The translations under genes were made by a program, and so were the position numbers. Under the pieces are notes generated by a model that was given only the letters and a program-made list of their open reading frames with translations, was not told where the DNA came from and did no database searches. A stretch of DNA of 64,000 nucleotides from an uncultured candidate division Zixibacteria bacterium. GTDB taxonomy: Bacteria > Zixibacteria > MSB-5A5 > UBA10806. The DNA is taken from the NCBI GenBank assembly GCA_963817915.1, contig CAWFQL010000009.1, positions 288,001-352,000 on the forward strand, written 5' to 3'. Shown in pieces: positions 30,663-41,033 of the stretch (positions are counted from its first letter, which is position 1; each line of letters opens with the position of its first letter).

Positions 30663-31823
30663 TTAAACCCGCTCAAAGGGGTCTATTAGCTTTTTGTATT
30701 CCGCGGCGGCAAATCGATCGGTCATCCCGGCGATATAATCGGCCACAACGGTGTGCGGAGGCTCAAATACCAGTCTGGCTTTGACATGCTCCGGCAGAAC
30801 ATCGATATTCTTAATATATGATTCGTAAAGCGCATAAATTATTCGTTGGGCTTTCTCGCTCATTCGCACCATCCTGAAATGGCGATACATATTATGGTAT
30901 AGAAACCGTTTGAGTTCCGAATTTGAATTATTCATTTCTGACGAGAATCCGATAAGGTCTATCCGCTTTTTCCTAAATTCTTCAGAGCTGAGCGGCTTCA
31001 CTTTTCCAATAGATTCGTTTGAATTATTTATTAAATCGGTGACCATGATATTTATCAAATTGCGCACCATAACATGCCGCCTCATAGCCTCATCGTACCC
31101 AGAAGCATCGACAAATTGGTTATAGTTATCCCGCCAGATTTTGACTTCTTTCAGCTGATTTTCATTGAGCACTCCGGAAGATAAACCGTCATCGACATCA
31201 TGACAATTATACGCGATTTCGTCGGCCAAATTAACCACCTGACATTCAAGCGGCCGTCCCTCATCTTTGGAAAGCGCCGACGGGACTTGCGGATTATCAT
31301 AGTGCGAATGATGTTTGAGAATCCCTTCCCGCAATTCGAACGTCAGATTCAGGCCGGGGAAATCGGGGTAGCGCCTTTCGAGAAGATCGACTACCCGGAT
31401 GCATTGAAGATTATGCTCGAATCCGCCCTTGTCTTTTAACAATTCATTCAGCGCCTCCTCCCCCGAATGACCGAAAGGAGTATGCCCCAGATCATGGGCG
31501 AGCGCTATCGCCTCGGTAAGGTCTTCATTGAGCCTCAAAGCGCGGGCTACTGATCGTGCGATAATGCTAACCTCAATAGTATGCGTCATCCTGGTGCGAT
31601 AATGATCGCCTTCGTGATTTACAAAAACCTGGGTTTTATATTCTAATCTTCTGAATGCGGTACAATGAACTATTCGATCCCGATCACGCTGGAATTCTGT
31701 TCGGAAAGGATGCCGGGGTTCGGGATATTGCCGTCCGCACGATTCGCCGGATTTAATAGCATAAGGCGCCAGTATTTCTTTTTCCAGATTTTCGAAATAT
31801 TCTCTAAAAGTACTCATATTCAT
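30663..31823 (-). CDS. dgt: deoxyguanosinetriphosphate triphosphohydrolase (HD family)
   Basis: FQRDRDRI..FRRLEYKTQVF, RTRMTH, AHDLGHTPFGHSGE, ADEIAY..HDVDD, DYIAGMTD. Confidence 0.93.
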   Translation of the reverse strand: MNMSTFREYFENLEKEILAPYAIKSGESCGRQYPEPRHPFRTEFQRDRDRIVHCTAFRRLEYKTQVFVNHEGDHYRTRMTHTIEVSIIARSVARALRLNEDLTEAIALAHDLGHTPFGHSGEEALNELLKDKGGFEHNLQCIRVVDLLERRYPDFPGLNLTFELREGILKHHSHYDNPQVPSALSKDEGRPLECQVVNLADEIAYNCHDVDDGLSSGVLNENQLKEVKIWRDNYNQFVDASGYDEAMRRHVMVRNLINIMVTDLINNSNESIGKVKPLSSEEFRKKRIDLIGFSSEMNNSNSELKRFLYHNMYRHFRMVRMSEKAQRIIYALYESYIKNIDVLPEHVKARLVFEPPHTVVADYIAGMTDRFAAAEYKKLIDPFERV

Positions 31824-31937
31824 TCGCTATTTGAACTATTGCCGGAAATCAGATTGCCCTTGAGGCAATTCATGGACCTAAATGTCATTACCAATTTAAG
31901 CCATCTAATGGACAAGTCAAGCCCCCAATATTGTTAA

Positions 31938-33467
31938 TCAATCCAGCCTACCCTCAATTATTAGATAAAACGCCCCTAATTTGCCTTTGTATGAGCTATT
32001 CCATCTATAAGTAATCTTTGAGGAAAAACCGGCTGTCAAAAATGTCTTCTCCTCAATATAGTAATCCAATTTTCCATTGAAACTTGACCTGATTCGCCCG
32101 GAAAATACGATATCGCGATCTAGCGGAGTCGATAGATAAAGGAAATATTTGGAGTTCTGATTTTCTAATTCCTTATCATTCCACTGAAATTTAATATCGA
32201 AGATTGCGTTTACTGGACCAATATAAGACAGGCTTGATCTTATCAGATTTTTGGGACCATCATGATAATCTTTTCGAGAAATTCCGCTACCTATTCTAAA
32301 TGAATGATTCAGATCATATCGCAAAATTGCCGTATTCTCAGACTTCAGAAGGCGCTTATTCCCCGGTTTCCAGATTTCAGATGACACTTTGATATCCAGC
32401 CCATTTATGGCAAGTCTTCGAGATAAATACGCGCCTGTCTCACCGCTCTGCGGCTGCCTGAATGAGACGCCCGAATAATCATCCTCATATGAAATATAGT
32501 CAGGATTCGCGTAGCTTGACGACTGTAAATTGACAAATGATTTGCCATAATGCCAGCATTTGCCTGACAAATCATTTTTATAGTATTGGATTATGGCACC
32601 TCCTCCGGATTCGCCGTAGCCTGCCTCCGCCCCAAGTCCCAAGGATGCATTGCTCATGAATATTGAGCCGGAATTTAGGTATCTCTTCCCGGCCTCGGAT
32701 TTAAGTTCGGTTCTGGCAGCGGCCAAGCCCAAATTAAAATTGCCGGAATTGGCATGTATTGCGGATCCCAGGAAAGCCTTATCAAGACTATCGTACGATT
32801 TTAATGAATACAGGAAATCGAAATTGGCGCCTTTTACATAGAGCCCATTGTAATAGCTATTGACCGGGAAAATAAGATCATCATGCTTTTGATGCCCAGA
32901 CCCATATCTTATTGGACGAAAATCGTATCGGCCTATCGCCAAACCCATACCGATTCGGGGCCAATAATTGCCGGCGGTCAATTCAAATTCGGGAAGACTT
33001 ATCTTGAACGATCTATGATCGGTAGTCCAGGTATTATTTTCATATGACGATTTATAATCCAGTGAAATAATATTATATGAGGGAGCAATATGAATATAAC
33101 CGATGTTTTGATTATCTAAATATTTATTGCCGATTTGCCAATTAAGTTTACCTGGTCGAATTTCATTTGAATACAATTTTGAGGTAGATAATATCTCGTT
33201 GTTGAGACTCCAGAAAGGGCCATTATATGATGACTGCGAATTAGTCAGCGCGAGCGTATTGACTGCAAGATCGGCGGTATCCGCCGAAATCATTCCAAGC
33301 GAAATATCTTTTAATATAAGATATGAATTATAGTCATAGGAACCGTCACTATATAGATACTCCCAATCAGACTCGGTCAGGACATCATCAAGCCATTGGG
33401 CATTGGAGCTGACGAATAATATTAAGATTAATGTAGATATTGATGCAAGCTTACCGCAAGAAATCAC
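31938..33467 (-). CDS. hypothetical exported, probable outer-membrane beta-barrel protein
   Basis: Signal peptide (SNA-Q), alternating hydrophobic beta strands, AGNY..RIGMGLAIG; 4-nt overlap with the upstream gene. Confidence 0.55.
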   Translation of the reverse strand: MISCGKLASISTLILILFVSSNAQWLDDVLTESDWEYLYSDGSYDYNSYLILKDISLGMISADTADLAVNTLALTNSQSSYNGPFWSLNNEILSTSKLYSNEIRPGKLNWQIGNKYLDNQNIGYIHIAPSYNIISLDYKSSYENNTWTTDHRSFKISLPEFELTAGNYWPRIGMGLAIGRYDFRPIRYGSGHQKHDDLIFPVNSYYNGLYVKGANFDFLYSLKSYDSLDKAFLGSAIHANSGNFNLGLAAARTELKSEAGKRYLNSGSIFMSNASLGLGAEAGYGESGGGAIIQYYKNDLSGKCWHYGKSFVNLQSSSYANPDYISYEDDYSGVSFRQPQSGETGAYLSRRLAINGLDIKVSSEIWKPGNKRLLKSENTAILRYDLNHSFRIGSGISRKDYHDGPKNLIRSSLSYIGPVNAIFDIKFQWNDKELENQNSKYFLYLSTPLDRDIVFSGRIRSSFNGKLDYYIEEKTFLTAGFSSKITYRWNSSYKGKLGAFYLIIEGRLD

Positions 33468-34897
33468 TTTAGTCCGTATTTTTCAATTTTCCTGTATAAT
33501 GTCCTCTCGCCGATCCCGAGAAGACGGGCCGCCTTTTTTCTATTGCCATCTGAGTCTATTAACGCCTTCGAGATCAATTCTTTTTCGGCGCTTTCGATAT
33601 TCACCGAATCGAATCGTTCACTTTCATTATTCTGATAATTGGAATTCGCGAATCTTATATTTTCGAGTTCTCTTTCAATCAAATTTCTCAGCGATGAGAC
33701 TTCATTGGTAAGGGCCAAAATCGCCTGCATCATTACCTGATGCTCGGCCGCCTGAGGGGTTCTGCCAGTGACCATGGGGAGTAGATGCGAGCGCGGTGTT
33801 CTCTCCCTGATATATTTTTCGAAATCAGCGGCTTTAATTCGTCCCGCCTGGCTGGTGACAGAAAATGAATCTATGACATTTCTGAGTTCGCGAACATTGC
33901 CCGGCCATTCGTAACGATGAAAAAGCCTGAGCGCGCCCGGCTCGATCGTAAGCTCGTTGATTCCCAATTCAGCGCTACGCCTCTTCAGAAAATAAAATGT
34001 CAGCGGCGCGATATCGGGTTTTCGCTGTTGGAGCGAAGGCAGGTCGATTGACACGACGCTTAATCGATAGTAAAGGTCTTCTCTGAATCTGCCGGTCGCG
34101 ATGTCATCGGAAAGTATTCTATTTGTGGCGGCAATAAGCCTGAAATTCGCTGCGATGGAGGTGTTGCCGCCGACTCGCGTGAAATTCCGATTTTCAAGAA
34201 CTCTCAAAAGCTTTGCCTGGATTTCCGGAGGGATTTCGCCGATTTCATCGAGAAATATTGTGCCACCCGATGCTTGCTCAAAGACTCCCAGCCGGCGGCC
34301 GTGAGCACCCGTAAATGATCCTTTTTCATGCCCAAAAAGCTCGGATTCAATAATTCCGGGAGCTAACGCGGCAACATTTACCGGAATGAACGGACCCGTA
34401 GGACGCGAAGACTTATTATGAATAGCGCGGGCGATTAATTCTTTGCCAGCTCCTGATGGTCCGGTCAGTAGAACGCTTATTTCCGATGGAGCTACTTGCG
34501 TGACGGTCTTGGCCGCCGCCGCCAGTTCTTTTGAACGGCCTATCAAGTCACATGATTTGATTATATCTCTATCCTTTTGGGTTTCCTCAAACGATTTAAC
34601 TATTTCGGAAGCCTCGATCGGCCAGTATAATTCCTTATCGCATATTATTTCTTCCGATATTCCAGTGCCGGGTATCAAGAGCAAAATCATTATTCCAGGT
34701 CGTTCAAAATAAATCTTTTCCAAAAGCTTAGTGGCCCTCATGCCTGTATGGAAATCGAAAAGAATGCCATCCGGCTCTTTCGCATTTAGGGCCGATGCCA
34801 AATTGGTTTCGTCATTGAATAACTCGGCTCCACCCTGACCGACAGCCTCCTTAATATTCTCAGAGAATGTCAGATCATTTGAAAAGACATAGATCAT
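33464..34897 (-). CDS. sigma54-dependent enhancer-binding protein (AAA+, Fis HTH) with atypical receiver
   Basis: GPSGAGKE, ESELFGHEKGSFTGA, FLDEIGE, FREDLYYRL, WPGNVREL, GNRKKAARLLGIGERTLYRK. Confidence 0.92.
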   Translation of the reverse strand: MIYVFSNDLTFSENIKEAVGQGGAELFNDETNLASALNAKEPDGILFDFHTGMRATKLLEKIYFERPGIMILLLIPGTGISEEIICDKELYWPIEASEIVKSFEETQKDRDIIKSCDLIGRSKELAAAAKTVTQVAPSEISVLLTGPSGAGKELIARAIHNKSSRPTGPFIPVNVAALAPGIIESELFGHEKGSFTGAHGRRLGVFEQASGGTIFLDEIGEIPPEIQAKLLRVLENRNFTRVGGNTSIAANFRLIAATNRILSDDIATGRFREDLYYRLSVVSIDLPSLQQRKPDIAPLTFYFLKRRSAELGINELTIEPGALRLFHRYEWPGNVRELRNVIDSFSVTSQAGRIKAADFEKYIRERTPRSHLLPMVTGRTPQAAEHQVMMQAILALTNEVSSLRNLIERELENIRFANSNYQNNESERFDSVNIESAEKELISKALIDSDGNRKKAARLLGIGERTLYRKIEKYGLK

Positions 34898-37038
34898 CTT
34901 TTCTTCTTCCTCACCTTTTTAGGCAAAACCGGCGGGCTTACAAGTACAAAATCCGCTCTGCGGTTTTCCGAATCCACTTTCGCGACAATGACCTTGACAC
35001 TATCGCCGAGTCTGTAGATTTTGCCGGTCCTCTTTCCCTTGGCCTTGTGCTTGCCCTCTTCGATCTCATAGTAATCATCTTCTATCGATCTAAAAGGGAC
35101 CATGCCCTCAACCAACGATCCCATTAATTTAACAAACAAACCGGCCTTCACCACTCCTGAGATAATACCATCGAATATCCCGCCGACTCGTTCTGACAGA
35201 AATTCAATCTGTTTTATTTTCACGGATTCTCGTTCGGCTTCATCGGCGGCGATTTCAGTGGCTGAGCAATGCTTGCCGATGTTTTTCAATGTCGACCTTA
35301 TGATATTTGCAGTATCCGGTTTTAATCCGCCATTAATACAAAGACGCAAGACCCGGTGAGTCAGAAGGTCGGGGTATCGTCGGATAGGTGATGTAAAATG
35401 AGTGTAGCTCGTGAACGCCAGCCCGAAATGGCCGATATTTTCGGGCTGGTAGACGGCCTTGGCCAGCGACCTTAAAAGCATCTCTTCGATGAATGGCTCT
35501 TCCGGTTTGCCTTGTACCTCATCAAAAACTCTCTGCAGCTTCTTGGGTGTGATTTCGCCTTTGAAGCTGAAATTGTAACCGATTTCATTGATGATCTCGG
35601 CGAAAATCTTGATTTTATCGGTATCCGGCTTTGCGTGAACCCTGAAAAGAAGCGGAGCTCCTAAAGATTCCAGGTAGCTTGCGGTATATTTATTTGCCAG
35701 AAGCATGAATTCTTCCACAATCTGATGCGAAGGCATTCGGGCGCGTGCCATAATATCGATAACTTTGCCTTCGGAATCAAGAAGCACTTTGGCCTCGGGC
35801 AAGTCGAAATCGAGACTGCCTTTTTCAAGCCGTTGCTTTCGTAACTCAATAGAAATTTTCAGCATGTTCTTTAAGGTTGCCCCGGCATCGGCGAATTTCT
35901 TCGACTTTTTGCCATCGAGAAATTCCTGAACTTCATCATAATTTAACGAGGCCGAGCTGCAAATGACGCTTTCGTGAAATTTCCAATTGTATATTTTGGC
36001 GGTCGCGTCGATTTCGGCCATGAATGACAATGTCAGCCTGTCCTTTCCCTCGTGCAGACTGCAGATATCACCAGAGAGTTTCTCAGGAAGCATGGGGATG
36101 ACACGATCGACGAGATAAATCGAATTTCCGCGCATCAACGCCTCACGATCGAGAGCGGTCCCGTGATTTACATAGTAGGAGACATCGGCGATATGCACTC
36201 CGAGACTGAAACGGCCGTTCGGCAATGTCTCAAGGCTGATAGCATCATCGTGATCTTTGGCGTCGGCAGGGTCAATTGTAAAAAGCATGACATCCCGCAG
36301 ATCGAGTCTTTTATCGATTTCGGATTTGGGGATTAATCGTTTTATCTTATCCAATTCCGGCTTGATTGATTGATCGAAATCGCGCGGCAACCCATAGGTG
36401 ATCACAAGTGAATCGATATCTATTCCGGGAGCGCCAGCTTCGCCCAACACCTCTTCGACGTGACCCCTCACCGGAAGAAATGGCGCTTCCCAGGGATAGA
36501 GCCTGATAGTGACAACAAGATCCTGTTTTTTCGCGAGACGTTTAGGATCATCGATTTCAATTCGCTCCCCGAATCGCGGATCATCTGGGATAATATGCAG
36601 GCCGTAGCGATCCTTCATCAATTTGCCAACAACGCGTCCTTTTTCGCGATTGAGGACTTGAACTACTTTCCCTTCACGGCTCTTCCCTTGACGGGAATCT
36701 TTTATAATTACTTTGACATCCTCGCCATGGAGAGCGCCGCAAAGGTCTTTCTGCGCTATGAATATTTCCTCATTATTAGTTTGCGAAATTACGAATCCGT
36801 AGCCGGAACGGCCCATCAGCAGCTTACCCATTACGAATTGTTTTTCGGTAGGCAACACTAGCCTGCCTCCCCTCAGTCTTGCCAGGCGACCATCGGCGAC
36901 CGCGCTTTTAACAAGCCGCCTGAATATGGGATAATCTTCAGCGGCTACTCCATAATGATTGGATAATTCTCTGATTTTCAATGGCCGCTGAGCTTTGGAA
37001 ATCATGTCGATAATATTCTCGATATTGTAGTTTTTCAT
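34894..37038 (-). CDS. rnr: ribonuclease R
   Basis: TIDPADAKDHDDA, HIADVS, VEEFMLLAN, HFTSPIRRYPDL, S1 domain, short basic tail; start uncertain (alternative 37074). Confidence 0.92.
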   Translation of the reverse strand: MKNYNIENIIDMISKAQRPLKIRELSNHYGVAAEDYPIFRRLVKSAVADGRLARLRGGRLVLPTEKQFVMGKLLMGRSGYGFVISQTNNEEIFIAQKDLCGALHGEDVKVIIKDSRQGKSREGKVVQVLNREKGRVVGKLMKDRYGLHIIPDDPRFGERIEIDDPKRLAKKQDLVVTIRLYPWEAPFLPVRGHVEEVLGEAGAPGIDIDSLVITYGLPRDFDQSIKPELDKIKRLIPKSEIDKRLDLRDVMLFTIDPADAKDHDDAISLETLPNGRFSLGVHIADVSYYVNHGTALDREALMRGNSIYLVDRVIPMLPEKLSGDICSLHEGKDRLTLSFMAEIDATAKIYNWKFHESVICSSASLNYDEVQEFLDGKKSKKFADAGATLKNMLKISIELRKQRLEKGSLDFDLPEAKVLLDSEGKVIDIMARARMPSHQIVEEFMLLANKYTASYLESLGAPLLFRVHAKPDTDKIKIFAEIINEIGYNFSFKGEITPKKLQRVFDEVQGKPEEPFIEEMLLRSLAKAVYQPENIGHFGLAFTSYTHFTSPIRRYPDLLTHRVLRLCINGGLKPDTANIIRSTLKNIGKHCSATEIAADEAERESVKIKQIEFLSERVGGIFDGIISGVVKAGLFVKLMGSLVEGMVPFRSIEDDYYEIEEGKHKAKGKRTGKIYRLGDSVKVIVAKVDSENRRADFVLVSPPVLPKKVRKKKR

Positions 37039-37132
37039 AATTGAAATTATATAATTTTCTGCCGAAACAATCAACTATTTACTGCCATAATGACAGGAAT
37101 TTAATGATTGGATTCAAAATCTCGAGCCCAAG

Positions 37133-37175
37133 GTCATTGCGAGAAGTTCGCCTAGGGCGAACTTCGAAGCAATCT
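37133..37175. repeat. half copy of the GTCATTGCGAG..GAAGCAATCT element
   Basis: Matches the left arm of 3481-3579, with GTTCGCC-tag-GGCGAAC in its loop. Confidence 0.7.
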
Positions 37176-37336
37176 GTGGGTTGCGGCATCGCAAAGACCT
37201 TTATAAATTAAAATTTATCACTCCTGGCAATTGCCAGCCTCTGATTTGTCCATTCTTTACTTACGATTTATTACGAAAAGCAAAGACCCCGGCGATTGCC
37301 AGGGCCCTTAATCTACTCACAATTTGTTAGGCTAAT

Positions 37337-38482
37337 TTATTTTTTACCCAGATTTCTGTAGATAACCATTCTCTGGGCTTCCGATGTGCCTTCGTAAATT
37401 TCGGTAACACGAGCGTCGCGGAAATATCGTTCGACCGGATACTCTTTTACATAGCCATAGCCGCCATGAATCTGAACAGCTTGATTTGTCACCCAATTGG
37501 CTGCTTCCGATGCTGCCAATTTGGCCATGGAACAATATTTCGAAGCTTCCCTGCCGTATTTGTCCTTTTTCCAGGCTGCAGAATAAACCAGCAAACGGGC
37601 TGATTCAATTTTAAGCGCCATGTCCGCTAATTTGAATTGAGTTGATTGAAATTCCGAAATGGGCTGACCGAACTGCGTGCGGGTTTGAGCGTACTTATAT
37701 GCTTCTTCGAAGGCTGCCTGAGCGATTCCGATTGCCTGGGATGCGATACCAATTCGGCCGCCATCGAGAAGCGAAAGGGCAATTTTGAATCCCTGGTTTT
37801 TCTCGCCAATAAGATTCTTCACCGGCACAGCGCAATCAGTAAAACTGACCTGCCTTGTATCCGAAGCCTTCAGGCCCATTTTCCGTTCTTTGGCACCTAA
37901 TTCGAGACCGGGCGTGCCTTTTTCGATTGCCAGACAAGATATGCCTTTGGGGCCTTTTGATCTATCGGTGGATACGAAAACGATAAATATTCCCGCATGC
38001 CCTGCCGAGGTTACCCATGACTTGGTGCCATTGAGAATAAAATTATCGCCCTTTTGTTCTGCCTGACAGACCAGCGCACCGGCATCGGTACCGGAACCGG
38101 GCTCGGAAAGACAATAGGAGCCAAAAAGCTCACCCGATGCCATTCCGGGCAGATATTTATCTTTAAGATAGTCCGAACCGAAATCCAAAATCGAGCGGCA
38201 GCAAAGCGAATTATGCACCGTAATTCCAACCATGATGCTGGCCGAACCCCTGGCCAGCTCTTCCATGGCGCAGACATACGAAAGGCTGTCGAGATCGAGC
38301 CCGCCGTATTTTTCAGGCAGGAGCATGCCGAAATATCCAAGTTCGGCGGCCTCTTTATAGAGTTCGGGTTTGGCGGCCTCTTCCTCATCCATTTTCTCGG
38401 CGGCGGGCATCAGCTTTTTCTCAGCGAATTCCCGGGCCGCGTCTCTCATTAGTATTTGATCTTCGCCTAATTCAAAATCCAT
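37337..38482 (-). CDS. acyl-CoA dehydrogenase (butyryl/short-chain type)
   Basis: YCLSEPGSGTD, NGTKSWVT, KMGLKAS, GRIGIASQAIG, QIHGGYGY, IYEGTSE. Confidence 0.92.
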   Translation of the reverse strand: MDFELGEDQILMRDAAREFAEKKLMPAAEKMDEEEAAKPELYKEAAELGYFGMLLPEKYGGLDLDSLSYVCAMEELARGSASIMVGITVHNSLCCRSILDFGSDYLKDKYLPGMASGELFGSYCLSEPGSGTDAGALVCQAEQKGDNFILNGTKSWVTSAGHAGIFIVFVSTDRSKGPKGISCLAIEKGTPGLELGAKERKMGLKASDTRQVSFTDCAVPVKNLIGEKNQGFKIALSLLDGGRIGIASQAIGIAQAAFEEAYKYAQTRTQFGQPISEFQSTQFKLADMALKIESARLLVYSAAWKKDKYGREASKYCSMAKLAASEAANWVTNQAVQIHGGYGYVKEYPVERYFRDARVTEIYEGTSEAQRMVIYRNLGKK

Positions 38483-38559
38483 CAATCCACCTCATTTTTT
38501 CCGCTTGTATCGGTATCCATCTGCGCTGAATATTACGGCATTTGGATTAATTCGCAATA

Positions 38560-39414
38560 TTAATATTTATAAAATCCGCGGCCGGATTTTCTGCCGAGAT
38601 AACCGGCCATAACCATTTTCTTAAGCAATGGGCAGGGGCGATACTTGGAATCGGAGTAACCTTCGTAGAGGACTTCCATGACTTCGAGGCAGATGTCGAG
38701 CCCGATAAAATCGGCCAGGGTCAACGGCCCCATAGGATGATTCATGCCGAGCTTCATAACACTATCGATAGCCTCCGCCGAAGCCACACCTTCCATGAGA
38801 CAATAAACGGCCTCATTGATCATGGGAATTAAGATACGGTTGGAAATAAAGCCGGGGTAATCATTCACTTCTACGGGAGTCTTATCGATTTTCAGACAAA
38901 GGTCTTTAATAGTTGCATAAGTCTCATCGGTAGTGGCGATACCTCTGATAACCTCAACCAGCTTCATCAGCGGGACCGGATTCATGAAATGCATTCCGAT
39001 GACTTTATCGGCGCGTTTCGTAGTGGCCGCTATGGCAGTGATGGGAAGCGAGGAAGTATTCGATGCTAAAATCGTATCAGGTTTACATACCGAATCGAGT
39101 TCCTCGAAGATTTCGGTTTTTGTATGCATATCTTCGAATACCGCTTCAATGACCAGATTCGATGATTTAGCGTCAGCGATCTTTATCGATGTTTTTAGTC
39201 TTCCGAGTGTGGCGGAAACATCTCCCGCTTGGATTACTCCTTTTTGCGCCTGACGTTCCAGATTCTTCTTGATAGTCGCGATCGCTTTGTCGGCGTGTTC
39301 TTGTTTCATTTCGATCAATAATACATCGTAACCCTTCAACGCAAACTGATGGGCGATGCCATTGCCCATTGTGCCGCCACCAATTACCGCTACATTCTTA
39401 ATCTCCATAACCAC
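38560..39414 (-). CDS. hbd: 3-hydroxybutyryl-CoA dehydrogenase
   Basis: GGGTMGNGIA, IEAVFE, ASNTSS, GMHFMNPVP, GMNHPMGP, GRKSGRGFY. Confidence 0.93.
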   Translation of the reverse strand: MVMEIKNVAVIGGGTMGNGIAHQFALKGYDVLLIEMKQEHADKAIATIKKNLERQAQKGVIQAGDVSATLGRLKTSIKIADAKSSNLVIEAVFEDMHTKTEIFEELDSVCKPDTILASNTSSLPITAIAATTKRADKVIGMHFMNPVPLMKLVEVIRGIATTDETYATIKDLCLKIDKTPVEVNDYPGFISNRILIPMINEAVYCLMEGVASAEAIDSVMKLGMNHPMGPLTLADFIGLDICLEVMEVLYEGYSDSKYRPCPLLKKMVMAGYLGRKSGRGFYKY

Positions 39415-39456
39415 TTTAACCTTTCATCTTTTTTATCATGATATTTATTTTGAAAT

Positions 39457-40210
39457 TTATTCTTGTATTGTTGATGAATCAATATCAATTGAAAGCAAAC
39501 CTATTCTTTTTATATTGTGAGTTGAATCTATGACCTGGCCGTATTCATTGCGGCGATACATCTTACCCCAGTCATCTTCCTCGGCAATCAGACCGTCATT
39601 GGTATACCAGTAAGACGTCGGGGGGAATGTAAAGTCTTCACCTATAAATCTAGTTTGAGAAACTATGACCTGGCAGTTAATAGCTCTATCATTAAAATGT
39701 TTTGTTTCCACACCGATAACCGTTCGCGAATTGTATGAATAACCGGTTTCGACCGCGTACCATGACTTACCAACTTCCAAAGGAAAATCAAGCAGTACAA
39801 TCGGATTATCGTATATCCAGATTGAATTATATTGACTTCTAATGTCCAGGTCTGCGTATTCTTTCAATTTATTGTCGTCGATCCTACACCATCTACGAGT
39901 AAATGGATGAAATAATGTATCGTCCGCCGAAGAAATGGAATCATCAATCATAGCCATTACGCCCAATGCACCGAGCGTATCAATACCTATGACACGTTGT
40001 ATATGGTAACCTATAAGTGTATCCGGCGGAACAGATTCAATATATGGAATTTCAAAAACCGTATCAGCATATACCCAGCGATTCCCGACTTGAAGCGGAA
40101 ACTTGTAGGTGCCGTCTATAAACTCGGTTTGGGTCGGGATGGCCGCTGCAGCCAATATAGATTACGATTGATACTACAGCGAGTAATATAAGCATAATCT
40201 TTTTAGCCAT
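39457..40210 (-). pseudogene. lipoprotein paralog 3 (FPLxxGxRWxY family), 1-nt insertion just after the lipobox
   Basis: GGAGG RBS then MAKKIMLILLAVVSIVIYIGC; frame shifts near 40135 into TQTEFIDGTYKFPLQVGNRWVYAD. Confidence 0.75.
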
Positions 40211-40239
40211 ACACACCTCCTTAATATATCGTTTTTATT

Positions 40240-40992
40240 TTATCTCTTTATTGAAGTGGTATCGATATCTATCGAAACCAGCATTCTTCTTCTCAATATT
40301 GCGAGTTGAGTCTCCGGTTTGGCGGGTTGTCGAAATGGTATACTTTGCCGAAATCAATTTCATTTCTGATCAAACCGTCGTTGGTATACCAGTCGAAAGT
40401 CTGCGAAATGGTATCAGCATCGCCTATGGTTTTCAATTGAGAAAATACTACATCACAAGCGAATGTATTGATTACCGACATACCTGATCTCCGCGCCAAC
40501 TACTCTGCTCGTATAGTACGAAACAATATCTTGTCGAACAGTCCATGATTTGCCCGCATTCAACGGGTAATCCAGCAATACTTTGGGCGCATCATAAATA
40601 GTTATCGGGTTAATTGTATCTCCAACTTGCTGAAACGCGAATTCTTTTAGTTTGTTATCCTCGATCTTCAACCATCTTTGGTAAGCATAATCGAATAATG
40701 TGTCTTCTCCCGAGATGAAAGAATCCTGCATTACCGCCATTACCCCCGATGAACCCAGCGTATCTATCCCGATAATATGCATAATAAATTGGGATACAAT
40801 TGTATCGGTCGGAAGCGAATCTATATAGGAGAATTTCAAAAGAGTATCAGCATATTCCCAGCGGCTGCCAATAGTCAAAGGAAATGTCGATGTACCCTGT
40901 TTTGCAATCGGCTGGGTAGTCTTTTTACTGCAGTTGATAAATGCCATTGTTAACGCAATTACAGAAAGCGCTATTAAAATCTTTTTCACCAT
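40240..40992 (-). pseudogene. lipoprotein paralog 2, three 1-nt insertions in the 3' end
   Basis: Lipobox FINC, FPLTIGSRWEYAD; removing bases near 40470, 40319 and 40294 restores WYTNDGLI..DSTRNIRRRMLVSIDIDTTSIKR, colinear with paralog 3. Confidence 0.75.
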
Positions 40993-41033
40993 ATGCACTT
41001 CCTCTGCTTTTTATTCCACGGCAACGAGCTAAT

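Noticed and set aside
30663..31823. Anti-phage dGTPase
   Set aside because: Compact housekeeping-type Dgt in a core-gene context with no recognisable defence genes nearby
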